Assembly (NCBI GenBank): GCA_016215465.1
Contig: JACRJT010000052.1
Span: 52,113 to 84,112 of the forward strand
DNA length: 32,000 nt
From: Nitrososphaerota archaeon
GTDB taxonomy: Archaea; Thermoproteota; Nitrososphaeria; Nitrososphaerales; Nitrosopumilaceae
Reading direction: 5' to 3'
The position numbers and the translations under genes are program-made. Positions 9,202-17,268 of the stretch are shown piece after piece (position 1 is the first letter of the stretch; each line of letters begins with the position of its first letter). The notes beneath the pieces are model-generated. The model worked only from the letters and a program-made list of their open reading frames with translations. It was not told the DNA's origin and did not search any database.

Positions 9202-9227
9202 AGTATACCACAATATACCATAGTATA
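9198..9227 (-). promoter_or_regulatory. three tandem decamers (plus strand CCATAGTATA CCACAATATA CCATAGTATA) between the TATA box and the antitoxin start codon; candidate autoregulatory operator
   Basis: Read directly from the sequence. Decamers 1 and 3 are identical and decamer 2 differs at 2 positions. Decamer 1 overlaps the ATG (9199-9201). Confidence 0.4.
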
Positions 9228-9440
9228 ATATAAAAAGTACGTGTTATTTTAATTAAAGTTCGTATCGATTCATTTAGAACAGTACGTATTGTAACTAGTT
9301 TTGATTCTCCCGTTTTATTTTCATTTGCCATCGAACCTTGAATAATCATCACAAAAGCCATCACGGAATCAAATTTCAGCAGGTACTGATTCGCTGACCG
9401 GTAAAAGACTTAAATCTCAATCTCACGATACTAGTAAATA

Positions 9441-9641
9441 ATGATATTACAAAATATCACAAACGCCATGCCAGGCGGCTCTGAATGGATTTTCATCATC
9501 ATAGCAGCAGGACTATTGATATTTGGCGCAAAGAAAATCCCAGAACTAGCAAGAACGCTTGGAAAATCCAAGGGTGAGTTTGAAAAGGGAAAAATAGAAG
9601 CAGAAAAAGAACTCAAAGACTTAAAAGAAAAGAAAGACTAA
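9441..9641 (+). CDS. tatA: twin-arginine translocase subunit TatA/E (alternative start ATG at 9468, MPGGSEW)
   Basis: Has a TM helix followed by FGAKKIPELARTLGKSKGEFEKG, the canonical TatA hinge and amphipathic helix. Confidence 0.85.
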   Translation: MILQNITNAMPGGSEWIFIIIAAGLLIFGAKKIPELARTLGKSKGEFEKGKIEAEKELKDLKEKKD

Positions 9642-10066
9642 TTCTCTGCCAGTTTGGTAAATTCATCAATTATTTGGTTAAACTCTGTTTTGATCTTTTT
9701 TCCCGAAAACAAGGATAAAATTCTCAAAAACCCTCCCAGCTTGACATCAGCATCAACTACTAGCTTTGTCACTTCGCCTACCTTCTCGTATTTTTCCATA
9801 ATGTGAGTGCCCTTTGCGTCGCCACCAATTACAAAAACTTCATGCGTTTCAGGGTATTTTGTGACGTGTTTTGTCATCATTATGAATTCCCTATTACCAA
9901 GTCGGAGGTGTTCTTCTACTACTGCGGTGTTTTCCCTAATTGATCTAATTCTAATTGACGGAAAATACTGCGGCATGATGTTTTGAAAGTTTTCAAAGTT
10001 TGCCACAATATCAAAGACATGGTGTCGCTCCGCATTGATCATCCTTTCAATGTGAACTTTGGGCAA
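9638..10066 (-). CDS. SRPBCC (START/polyketide-cyclase-like) family protein
   Basis: 142 aa. The N-terminal I-x-A-x-x-x-x-VFDIVANFENF and overall length fit the SRPBCC fold. The call rests on pattern only. Confidence 0.55.
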   Translation of the reverse strand: MPKVHIERMINAERHHVFDIVANFENFQNIMPQYFPSIRIRSIRENTAVVEEHLRLGNREFIMMTKHVTKYPETHEVFVIGGDAKGTHIMEKYEKVGEVTKLVVDADVKLGGFLRILSLFSGKKIKTEFNQIIDEFTKLAEN

Positions 10067-10072
10067 TACTAC

Positions 10073-10627
10073 CTAAGTTCCCCATCTTTGGTATAAATTA
10101 TGTTCAATGCCAAACTGGTCAAGGCATTTTCCAACAGTGTGATCAATGATTTGCTCAATTGACTTTGGTTTTGTATAGAATCCAGGAACCGGTGGTAATA
10201 TCACGACCCCAAGTCGTGCAAGCTTGAGCATGTTTTCCAAGTTTATGGCAGTAAGAGGTGTTTCCCTTGGTACCAAAACGAGCTTTCGTGACTCCTTTAG
10301 CGTTACTCCGGCTGCTCTGGCCACAAGCGTTTCGTCATAACCGTTTGCTATGCTGGACAGAGTCTTCATGCTACATGGAATCACAATCATTCCGTCTGTT
10401 CTGTATGTGCCACTTGAGATCCCAGACGCCAGATTGGAGTCATCAGAATACTGGGTTGCCAGGTTTTTTACATCATCAAGTTTGTAGTCAGTTTCCATGG
10501 CAAGGCATTTTTTTGCCCATTCCGTGATGACCAGATGTGTTTCAACCCCGCATTCTCTGAGTTCCTCAAGGATTCTCACACCGTAGACTACTCCTGTGCT
10601 TCCCGTAATTCCAATTACAAGCTTCAT
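10073..10627 (-). CDS. ubiX: flavin prenyltransferase UbiX
   Basis: 184 aa: MKLVIGITGSTGVVYGVRILEEL, VIPCSMKTLSSIANGY and LVPRETPL are UbiX/Pad1 signatures. Confidence 0.9.
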   Translation of the reverse strand: MKLVIGITGSTGVVYGVRILEELRECGVETHLVITEWAKKCLAMETDYKLDDVKNLATQYSDDSNLASGISSGTYRTDGMIVIPCSMKTLSSIANGYDETLVARAAGVTLKESRKLVLVPRETPLTAINLENMLKLARLGVVILPPVPGFYTKPKSIEQIIDHTVGKCLDQFGIEHNLYQRWGT

Positions 10628-10766
10628 TGGTATAATTTGGCAGCGTGATTATTTTAAGCTGTAACGAGCAATCTGGCAATCAGTACTAGATTTGTACCTA
10701 GTTTAACTCGGCCTTTAGTCCAAAGAAGTTTAATTATATTACCTAAGATTCGAAGTCAATCTATCC

Positions 10767-11858
10767 ATGATAAGGCCTGCAGAAATTCACAAAATTGCAG
10801 ACAATTATTCTGACTTGAGAATCGGGGTTTTGGGAAGCCATTCTGCGCTAGAGGTAATGGATGGGGCAAAAGACGAGGGGCTAAAAACAGTTGTAATTTG
10901 CCAAAAGGGTAGAGATATCCCATATCGAAGATTCGAAAGAATTGCAGATGAGATAATAGTAGTAAACAATTTCAAAGACATGGCGTCGCAAAAGATGCAA
11001 AAACGCCTAGTTGATACAAACACGATAATTGTTCCACACAGGGCGCTGACAGCATACTTGGGATACGAAACCATAGAAAGCAAGTTCAAGGTCCCGATTT
11101 TTGGAAACCGCTCACTGTTCCAAGCAGAGGAGAGAAGTTACAAGAAAAACCAGTACTATCTGCTTGAAAAATCAAACGTCAGATACCCAAAGCTTTTCAA
11201 AACTCCAAAAGACATCGACAGGCCGGCAATCGTAAAGGTCCAAGAAAAAGGCAGAAAGTTAGAGCGCGCGTTTTTCACGGTGTCATCATATGCAGATTAT
11301 AAAATAAAATCAGAGGATAGGATCAAAAAAGGAATCATAGCAAGAGACGACCTCAAGAAGGCAAGCGTTGAGGAACTGGTGATTGGAACGTACATGAATT
11401 TTAATTATTTCCACACGCCCATTTCAGACCAGGTTGATTTTATCGGAATAGAGCGCAGGCTGCAGACAAACGTGCATGATTATAATGCAATTCCTGCAAA
11501 GCAGCAGCTTGACATCGATATAGACATACAAAACATCGAAGTAGGTCACACACCTGCAAGCATAAGGGAGTCATTATTAGAAAAGGTGCTCAAAATGGGA
11601 GACAAGTTTGTGGCAGGTGTAAAGAAGGTGTATCCTCCAGGAATAATAGGCCCGTTTTCACTACAGAGTGTCATTACAAAAGACTTGGAGCTAGTAGTGT
11701 ACGACGTGTCACTGAGGGTCCCAGGAAACCCAATTGTTGCAACCACCTCACCATATACAAAATACCAGTACGGTGAAACATTTGGCGTTGGAAGAAGGAT
11801 AGCAATGGAAATCAAAAAGGCAAGCCAAGAAGGAAGGCTTGCCGAAATTCTTACCTAG
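10767..11858 (+). CDS. purP: 5-formaminoimidazole-4-carboxamide ribonucleotide (FAICAR) synthetase, archaeal PurP
   Basis: 363 aa ATP-grasp protein. GSHSALEVMDGAKDEGLKTVVICQKGRDIPYRRF, VPHRALTAYLG, FGNR and IRESLLEKVLKMGDKFV...PPGIIGPFSLQS match PurP. Confidence 0.9.
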   Translation: MIRPAEIHKIADNYSDLRIGVLGSHSALEVMDGAKDEGLKTVVICQKGRDIPYRRFERIADEIIVVNNFKDMASQKMQKRLVDTNTIIVPHRALTAYLGYETIESKFKVPIFGNRSLFQAEERSYKKNQYYLLEKSNVRYPKLFKTPKDIDRPAIVKVQEKGRKLERAFFTVSSYADYKIKSEDRIKKGIIARDDLKKASVEELVIGTYMNFNYFHTPISDQVDFIGIERRLQTNVHDYNAIPAKQQLDIDIDIQNIEVGHTPASIRESLLEKVLKMGDKFVAGVKKVYPPGIIGPFSLQSVITKDLELVVYDVSLRVPGNPIVATTSPYTKYQYGETFGVGRRIAMEIKKASQEGRLAEILT

Positions 11859-12280
11859 ACTTCGAGGCTTTTCTTTAGGAGAGTTTTCCTCACAAGAATT
11901 GGAATGTTGTAAAACACTCCCAGTGCAACTGCGTCAGATGCCCTGTAGTTCCTAAGGACGATGTCTTTTTTGCCAGTGAAGTAAAGATTTGCGCGTAAAA
12001 CGTTGCCGCTCTCATAGACTTTGACCTTTACCAAGTACAGCTCATTTTCTTCACAGAGCTGCTCAATCATGTTGTATATGGTTGGAAGGTTGTCGCGTTT
12101 TCCCTCAACAAAACTCTTGATGTGTCTTGCCACCTCGCCAGAAAATGCGCGCATGTGAAATTCTTTCTTGTCGTCAGACTGGAGAATGATTATTCCTTCT
12201 AGCGCATATGGATCAATAAATCCAACATGTGTAATTTTTGCAGTAGAGTAATCTGGCTCTTCTTTTTGATCTATGTCCAA
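11855..12280 (-). CDS. bifunctional nuclease (DUF151) family protein, TTG start
   Basis: 141 aa. PTIYNMIEQL...LRANLYF...ASDAVALGVFYNIPILV fits DUF151. A TATA-like CTTTATAAG lies about 26 nt upstream. Confidence 0.7.
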   Translation of the reverse strand: MDIDQKEEPDYSTAKITHVGFIDPYALEGIIILQSDDKKEFHMRAFSGEVARHIKSFVEGKRDNLPTIYNMIEQLCEENELYLVKVKVYESGNVLRANLYFTGKKDIVLRNYRASDAVALGVFYNIPILVRKTLLKKSLEV

Positions 12281-12366
12281 CTATTCCCATTGAACTTTAT
12301 TTCTTATAAAGATACGACGTATTTCTCAAAAAAATGAACAAGTTATCAGTCCTACGCGGCTCTTAA

Positions 12367-12558
12367 ATGCAGAAAATACAAAATTGGAATATGCAAATCG
12401 ACGTACCACTTCCGTGTCCATCGTGCGGTGGAAAAATGTATTCAGTCGGATATGAGGCAACACTGAAGATATTAAAAAACAGAACTTGGCACGTATGCAA
12501 GGAATGCAAATTCACAAGAAACGTAGAAGAGTTCAAAAAAACACTTTGTTGTGCATGA
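12367..12558 (+). CDS. small zinc-ribbon protein (possible true start at the ATG at 12391)
   Basis: The CPSCGG ... CKECKF pairs form a 4-Cys ribbon. 63 aa. Confidence 0.55.
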   Translation: MQKIQNWNMQIDVPLPCPSCGGKMYSVGYEATLKILKNRTWHVCKECKFTRNVEEFKKTLCCA

Positions 12559-12627
12559 CAGAGTGCTCAAATTTCTTTAGAATTTTAAAAGATACGATTT
12601 AATCACACCGTAAATCAGGCAGTAACA

Positions 12628-13443
12628 ATGTCAAAAGACGACACCCGGCGTGACGGCAGACTTTTGATCACTTTGGGCTTTGCAAGCATAGGAATCTTGT
12701 TTTTAATTTATGCAAGACTTGGCGGAACAGCAGTTACGCCAGATGCAGTATCTGCAATTGAAAGGATCGGACTAGCATTTTACATAATGTTGCTTGTAGC
12801 ACTTGGCGCAATTGCATACGGCATGTATCAGTACCACAAGCAAAAAATTCTCAAAAATGAAGGGGATCTTTTGTTAATTGTTGCGCAAATCACTTGGAAT
12901 TCCAAGTCAAGAAAGATATTTTTGGCGACATTTGTCGCATACGGCGTATTTTTTGCCCTAACATCTGGAATTTTGGTGTACCAGCCAGACGTCATTTTCT
13001 CAAAGCACTATGACGTTGCAGTGCCATCGGTGCACATAACTCCATGTTGTGGAGAGGTAGGCTATGTTCCAAAGATTACAGTATACATCACAGAACAGGT
13101 AGGACTACAAATAATTCCAATAAACCTGATTTTGCAGATAATCGTTTCATATTTGGTTGGACTAAACATGTCAATTGCAGTAAACGCGTTTTCCATTTTA
13201 AAAAAGAACACAGGTATCGGCGGATTAGCTGCGATAACTGGCCTGTTCATCGCATGCCCAACATGTGCAGGAACATTTCTTTCATTGTTTGTTAGCGCAT
13301 CAGGTGCAATTGCGTTTACTCTGGCAATTACGCAGCTTCAAACAATATTTATCGCCGTGTCAATTCCTCTTTTGATAATAACGCCAATAATAATGGCAAG
13401 AAAAATCAGAAACAGCGGATGGAGCTGTAAAATAAAATCCTAA
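12628..13443 (+). CDS. polytopic membrane protein with TPCCGE and ACPTCAG cysteine motifs
   Basis: 271 aa with about 6-7 hydrophobic segments. I recognise no family. Confidence 0.7.
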   Translation: MSKDDTRRDGRLLITLGFASIGILFLIYARLGGTAVTPDAVSAIERIGLAFYIMLLVALGAIAYGMYQYHKQKILKNEGDLLLIVAQITWNSKSRKIFLATFVAYGVFFALTSGILVYQPDVIFSKHYDVAVPSVHITPCCGEVGYVPKITVYITEQVGLQIIPINLILQIIVSYLVGLNMSIAVNAFSILKKNTGIGGLAAITGLFIACPTCAGTFLSLFVSASGAIAFTLAITQLQTIFIAVSIPLLIITPIIMARKIRNSGWSCKIKS

Positions 13444-13703
13444 GTTACAAATTTTTTGACTTCGGGAATTTGCCAGTTTCCAATGTCATATCCATCACGT
13501 CGCAAATACTTGAGCGTGAGCTTGTATATCAGCTCGTCATGATCAACTTGCGCCAGTATGTCAGACCAGAGGATTTTCCCGCTCTGTTCTATTGTTTTTT
13601 TGAATTCAGGGTTTAGGGATTCTGCGATTTGCACACACTGATCAAAGGTCTTGCCGTTTTTGTACGCCCTAGTACGGGTATCACAGCTGTTCACAGGTAT
13701 CAT
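13440..13703 (-). CDS. hypothetical protein (87 aa)
   Basis: ATG ORF with plausible composition. Its stop overlaps the stop of the convergent membrane-protein gene (CTAA). Confidence 0.5.
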   Translation of the reverse strand: MIPVNSCDTRTRAYKNGKTFDQCVQIAESLNPEFKKTIEQSGKILWSDILAQVDHDELIYKLTLKYLRRDGYDIGNWQIPEVKKFVT

Positions 13704-13730
13704 AAAACAACGAAGAATAAAAGCTTAAAC

Positions 13731-14006
13731 TCAGGATAAACTTTTGAGTTTCTCAACCACGATTTTGAAGATCTCGTTGTTATCAAGCAGTATGCATGGC
13801 AGATTGTTCTCTGCACACGCCTGACCACTTTCCGTATCTCGTGTCACTAGGATCATTTGGTTTTCCCGCGCATAGTTAATTATGGAATAGTCAGTGCGGA
13901 GTTTTTTTCCCTCGGTAAGTAGTTTTTTTACAGAATATGCCTCATAGCCAAGGTTACGCAGTTTTTCATCCATTCCGTCGTCCATTTCATCGACAAGTAT
14001 TTTCAT
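13731..14006 (-). CDS. PIN-like (DUF5615 / Mut7-C-like) domain protein
   Basis: 91 aa. MKILVDEM...LRNLGYEA...ILVTRD fits the short PIN-like toxin-type domains. No cognate DUF433-type partner is seen. Confidence 0.55.
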   Translation of the reverse strand: MKILVDEMDDGMDEKLRNLGYEAYSVKKLLTEGKKLRTDYSIINYARENQMILVTRDTESGQACAENNLPCILLDNNEIFKIVVEKLKSLS

Positions 14007-14050
14007 TCCGTTCTTTGGAGTTTATTTTTCCGTATTTATCTTTATGAGAA

Positions 14051-14140
14051 TTACGGGGCCATGGTTCCAAGTACCAATGGCAGAATAACTGACAAACCAA
14101 CTATCCCACCAAGTAGAAGAATTACGTTCTGCATGTCCAT
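14051..14140 (-). CDS. candidate 29-aa hydrophobic micro-protein (MDMQNVILLLGGIVGLSVILPLVLGTMAP)
   Basis: Hand-translated sub-threshold ORF in an otherwise empty 190-nt gap. It has a single TM-like helix and only weak promoter support. Confidence 0.25.
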   Translation of the reverse strand: MDMQNVILLLGGIVGLSVILPLVLGTMAP

Positions 14141-14200
14141 AATACTGCTACGTGCAGGTATATTGTAATGTCAAGGTTGTTTAGAATAAACAGATAATAT

Positions 14201-14608
14201 CTACAGATGCATTGTGATTTTTTTGGCACGGTTAATTATTGCCATTTTTTTAGTCACGCTAAGCTCAGGCTCTAGTGTAAAGTAGACTGTTTTTCTTTTT
14301 GGATAAATCACTATCTGGGTTACCTTTTCTCGCTCAACTTGGACGTACCTTACCTTGCCTAGGCCTTTGTCAAATTCTTGCCTCATTTTTCGCCTTTGGG
14401 CAACCTGAATGCAAAAGTGTTCTTCTTCTTTTTGGGTTTTCAGAGAGGTCTTTCCTTTTTTCATTATTGACTCCAGGATGTTTCCCTTTAGATCTATTAC
14501 TGCAGCAAACCTCATACTTGGATCCATGCTTACCAAGTCCTCTACGATTTCAGTCAGAGTTGCCTTTTTGTACGCATTCAATTTCTTGCAACTAAAAATC
14601 CGCCCCAT
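14201..14608 (-). CDS. hypothetical protein, paralog of the 27166..27618 product
   Basis: 135 aa. An ungapped by-eye alignment with the 27166 ORF gives about 24 identities over about 100 aa with a matching hydrophobic pattern. Possibly a roadblock/LC7-like fold, which is speculative. Confidence 0.55.
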   Translation of the reverse strand: MGRIFSCKKLNAYKKATLTEIVEDLVSMDPSMRFAAVIDLKGNILESIMKKGKTSLKTQKEEEHFCIQVAQRRKMRQEFDKGLGKVRYVQVEREKVTQIVIYPKRKTVYFTLEPELSVTKKMAIINRAKKITMHL

Positions 14609-14738
14609 ATAATTGCTAGAAATGTTGGGAGAGAATTTCTGATCGGTATCATCTTTGCAATAAAAATTAGAAATGTGTTCATTATTACAAAATTTTGCAG
14701 ATCAGCGATAGTTTATGACTCAAATGTGCAAACGGCGT

Positions 14739-16304
14739 TCATTTGAAGATATCCTCATTTGTGATTTTTTTCAGATCAGTTGCTTCTTTTTTTATTCCTT
14801 GTTCCAATTCTTTTTTACGCTTTTTTAATTGCCTTATTTTTTGTGTTTCCAGTTTTTTTGCGTCAGATATGGACGACTTTTGTTCTATGAGTTGTTTTTC
14901 AATCTGGGATTTTTCCTTGCGGATCGAATCTAGTTCAGATTCGGTAGACGCGATTTGTTGCTCCAGTGCTTTTCTTTCCTGGACAATCTTATCTAGCAGT
15001 TCGGTTTCCTGATTTAATTGCGATATGGATAACGCAGTTTTTGCGATTTTTTTCTTTTGTTCTTCAATTTTGTTAGTGAGAAGAGATTGTTTTTCTTTAG
15101 ACGATTCTAGGTGTTTTTCATAGTTTGTGATGTTTTTGAGCAATCGTGCTTGCTGAGATATCTTGGTAGCCTCTTTTCTTACCTGTGCGGCAAGCTCGGT
15201 TTCTTGTGATTTTGTGGCACGCAGAATAGATTCGGATTCGGCACGAATGTTTTCAAGTCGTTCTTTTTCAGATTGGATACGCTGGGCAACTTTTACCTGC
15301 TCTGCAATCCTTTGGCGCTCCGTTTTGACTTCTTGCGCAATTTCTTGCTCTTCTTTTATCATTTCTGAGGAGATTTTCCGGTATTCGCTTTTGACATAGT
15401 TTAGTGTATTTTTTTGGTTTTGCAGATCATTAGATAGTCTGGTTTGTTCTTGCTGTAATTGTAGAACTATTTCGTCTCGATCTTTTTTTGCTTTTTCCAG
15501 CTCAGATTCCTGAGTTTTGATTTGCTCTGCAATCTTTGTTTGCTCCAGTACGCTTTTCCGCTCCAGTTCAATTTGTTTCTCAAGTCGTGCATGTTCGATT
15601 TTGACCTGTTTTTCAAATTCCTGCCTATTCAAAATTATTTGCATTAGCTTTGATTGCTCGATTTTGAGTTTGTCAGACTCTATTTTTTTCTCATCGAGTT
15701 TTTCTTGTTCAGTCTTGATCTGATCTCTGACTTGCTCCAACTCATTTGGTTGCACCGGGGGTTGCCAGCCTTTTGGCATCGTACCTTGTGAGAGCCCTGG
15801 CTTTTCAGGTTGCACATGTGGCTTTGTGTCAAGCTTGGAAATTTTCTCATTTAGGAACGATTCCAGATTTGTTATCTTTTGGTTTGCAAGCATCACTTGG
15901 GATTTTAGGTTTTCAATTGTTTTGCTAGAATCTGGTTTCTGGTGCAAACCTTGTAGATCAATTTTTTCTCCAAGCTTGTTTTCAAGATACGTTTGGTCTG
16001 AGCGATAGAGAGTTTTTCCCTGCTGAATGCTTTCCATGATGAACTGCAGCCTTCCAGTGTCACCATTTCCAGATGCCATCAAGTTCTGCACTTTTGTTAG
16101 GAGATTTTCTTCTACTGGTAGCTTTTGAGCAACACCTATCTCACCGGCAAATTTAGCATCTAGATATTTTTTGTCAGAATCGTAAAGACTTCTTCCATCT
16201 TTTAGCACAGTTAGAATGTGATGTAGTCTTCCATAGTCACCTTTACCAGAAGCTATTAGCTTCTCAACAAAAGATCGGGTCTCGTCTGGCGATAAGATGG
16301 CCAT
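14739..16304 (-). CDS. 521-aa coiled-coil protein with duplicated N-terminal SG-x-GD-x-GRL...LY-x-SD-x-x-YL motif
   Basis: A long E/K/Q-rich heptad-like region covers residues ~190-521. Two ~40-aa N-terminal repeats sit 59 aa apart. Confidence 0.75.
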   Translation of the reverse strand: MAILSPDETRSFVEKLIASGKGDYGRLHHILTVLKDGRSLYDSDKKYLDAKFAGEIGVAQKLPVEENLLTKVQNLMASGNGDTGRLQFIMESIQQGKTLYRSDQTYLENKLGEKIDLQGLHQKPDSSKTIENLKSQVMLANQKITNLESFLNEKISKLDTKPHVQPEKPGLSQGTMPKGWQPPVQPNELEQVRDQIKTEQEKLDEKKIESDKLKIEQSKLMQIILNRQEFEKQVKIEHARLEKQIELERKSVLEQTKIAEQIKTQESELEKAKKDRDEIVLQLQQEQTRLSNDLQNQKNTLNYVKSEYRKISSEMIKEEQEIAQEVKTERQRIAEQVKVAQRIQSEKERLENIRAESESILRATKSQETELAAQVRKEATKISQQARLLKNITNYEKHLESSKEKQSLLTNKIEEQKKKIAKTALSISQLNQETELLDKIVQERKALEQQIASTESELDSIRKEKSQIEKQLIEQKSSISDAKKLETQKIRQLKKRKKELEQGIKKEATDLKKITNEDIFK

Positions 16305-16401
16305 TCTCTTCCGATTTTTTATACAGGACTGGTATTTTAAGAACTCAAAACTTGAATTAATTTAACAAAACATGCACTAGAACATACCTCACAAAATAAT
16401 T

Positions 16402-16890
16402 TCATTTTAGGACTATTCTGTCAATTACTTCCCATTTTTCCACGTTCTTGGAGGATACGACTACGGTGATTTTATCAAACGTTAATTTTGATTTTATTTT
16501 CAAGTCATCTATGATTCCCTGTTTTTGAGAATCGTCCAGTTTTTTGTATATGAGACTGATGTGTGGATTAAATTCGTATTTGGCGTTTAGGGGAATGCCT
16601 TTTTTTATCGTGTTGTGGATTTGCTTTAATTCCTGATTTTTTTCCACATTGATAAACACAGTTTTCCACAGATTGTCAGAAAAGTCCAAATCCATTGTTT
16701 CCACCGTAAATTCTTTCATGTCAGCACAGTTTCTAACGGCAGACTTTGCAGCAGAAACATTTCGTACTCCGCTATACACGGTGATGTGCGGATTAAACGT
16801 TGGGGAATTGTATTTTTTTGCAAGCTTGCGGATTATTTGGATCAAATATTTCGCGTCTTTTGCCGTAGGCTCAACCCAGATAGAATACAT
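16402..16890 (-). CDS. 2H phosphoesterase, cyclic phosphodiesterase (CPDase)-like
   Basis: 162 aa with two H-x-T/S-x motifs (NPHITVYSG and NPHISLIYK). The N-terminal YSIWVEP resembles the CPDase family. Confidence 0.7.
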   Translation of the reverse strand: MYSIWVEPTAKDAKYLIQIIRKLAKKYNSPTFNPHITVYSGVRNVSAAKSAVRNCADMKEFTVETMDLDFSDNLWKTVFINVEKNQELKQIHNTIKKGIPLNAKYEFNPHISLIYKKLDDSQKQGIIDDLKIKSKLTFDKITVVVSSKNVEKWEVIDRIVLK

Positions 16891-17255
16891 CAGACCATCT
16901 TTTGTGTGACAATTGTCCGGTATTCAGAATAATCAGTTGCCGAATAATCTTGCTCAAATTCCTCAGCAAAGACAGAATCAGTGACAGCAGTAATCAAATG
17001 CGGAGTCATTGGCGCTGTTATTATAACAGACGGTGCAGAGTGGATTTGGATTTTTTCTGCGTTTGTTTGAAGATTTTTTTCTCGGTATTCGATAGTTCCA
17101 GATATCAGAATGTGTTTTGATTCAAAATCATGATAATGGCCACCTCGCGAAAATCCTTTTTTTGTTTCTACCAAATTGATCCTTTTGTCACCGTATCTGA
17201 GTACCAGTATTTTTCCACGAATGTCGCTTGATTCTTTTTCAAATTGCAGTTCCAT
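16890..17255 (-). CDS. cupin-fold protein (WxcM/FdtA-like)
   Basis: 121 aa. GFSRGGHYHDFESKHILISGTIEY fits the cupin RG-x-HYH motif. Its stop overlaps the start of the 2H phosphoesterase gene by 1 nt. Confidence 0.5.
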   Translation of the reverse strand: MELQFEKESSDIRGKILVLRYGDKRINLVETKKGFSRGGHYHDFESKHILISGTIEYREKNLQTNAEKIQIHSAPSVIITAPMTPHLITAVTDSVFAEEFEQDYSATDYSEYRTIVTQKMV

Positions 17256-17268
17256 GGTCTTGTAAATT

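Noticed and set aside
9182-9364. 60-aa minus-strand ORF upstream of the antitoxin
   Set aside because: It overlaps the antitoxin start, the TATA box and the decamer operator. Its composition is implausible and nothing supports it.
14743-16008. Plus-strand ORFs of 60-89 aa across the coiled-coil gene
   Set aside because: They are low-complexity Ser/Phe/Cys-rich translations of the complement of an E/K/Q-rich gene, which is a typical shadow-ORF artefact.
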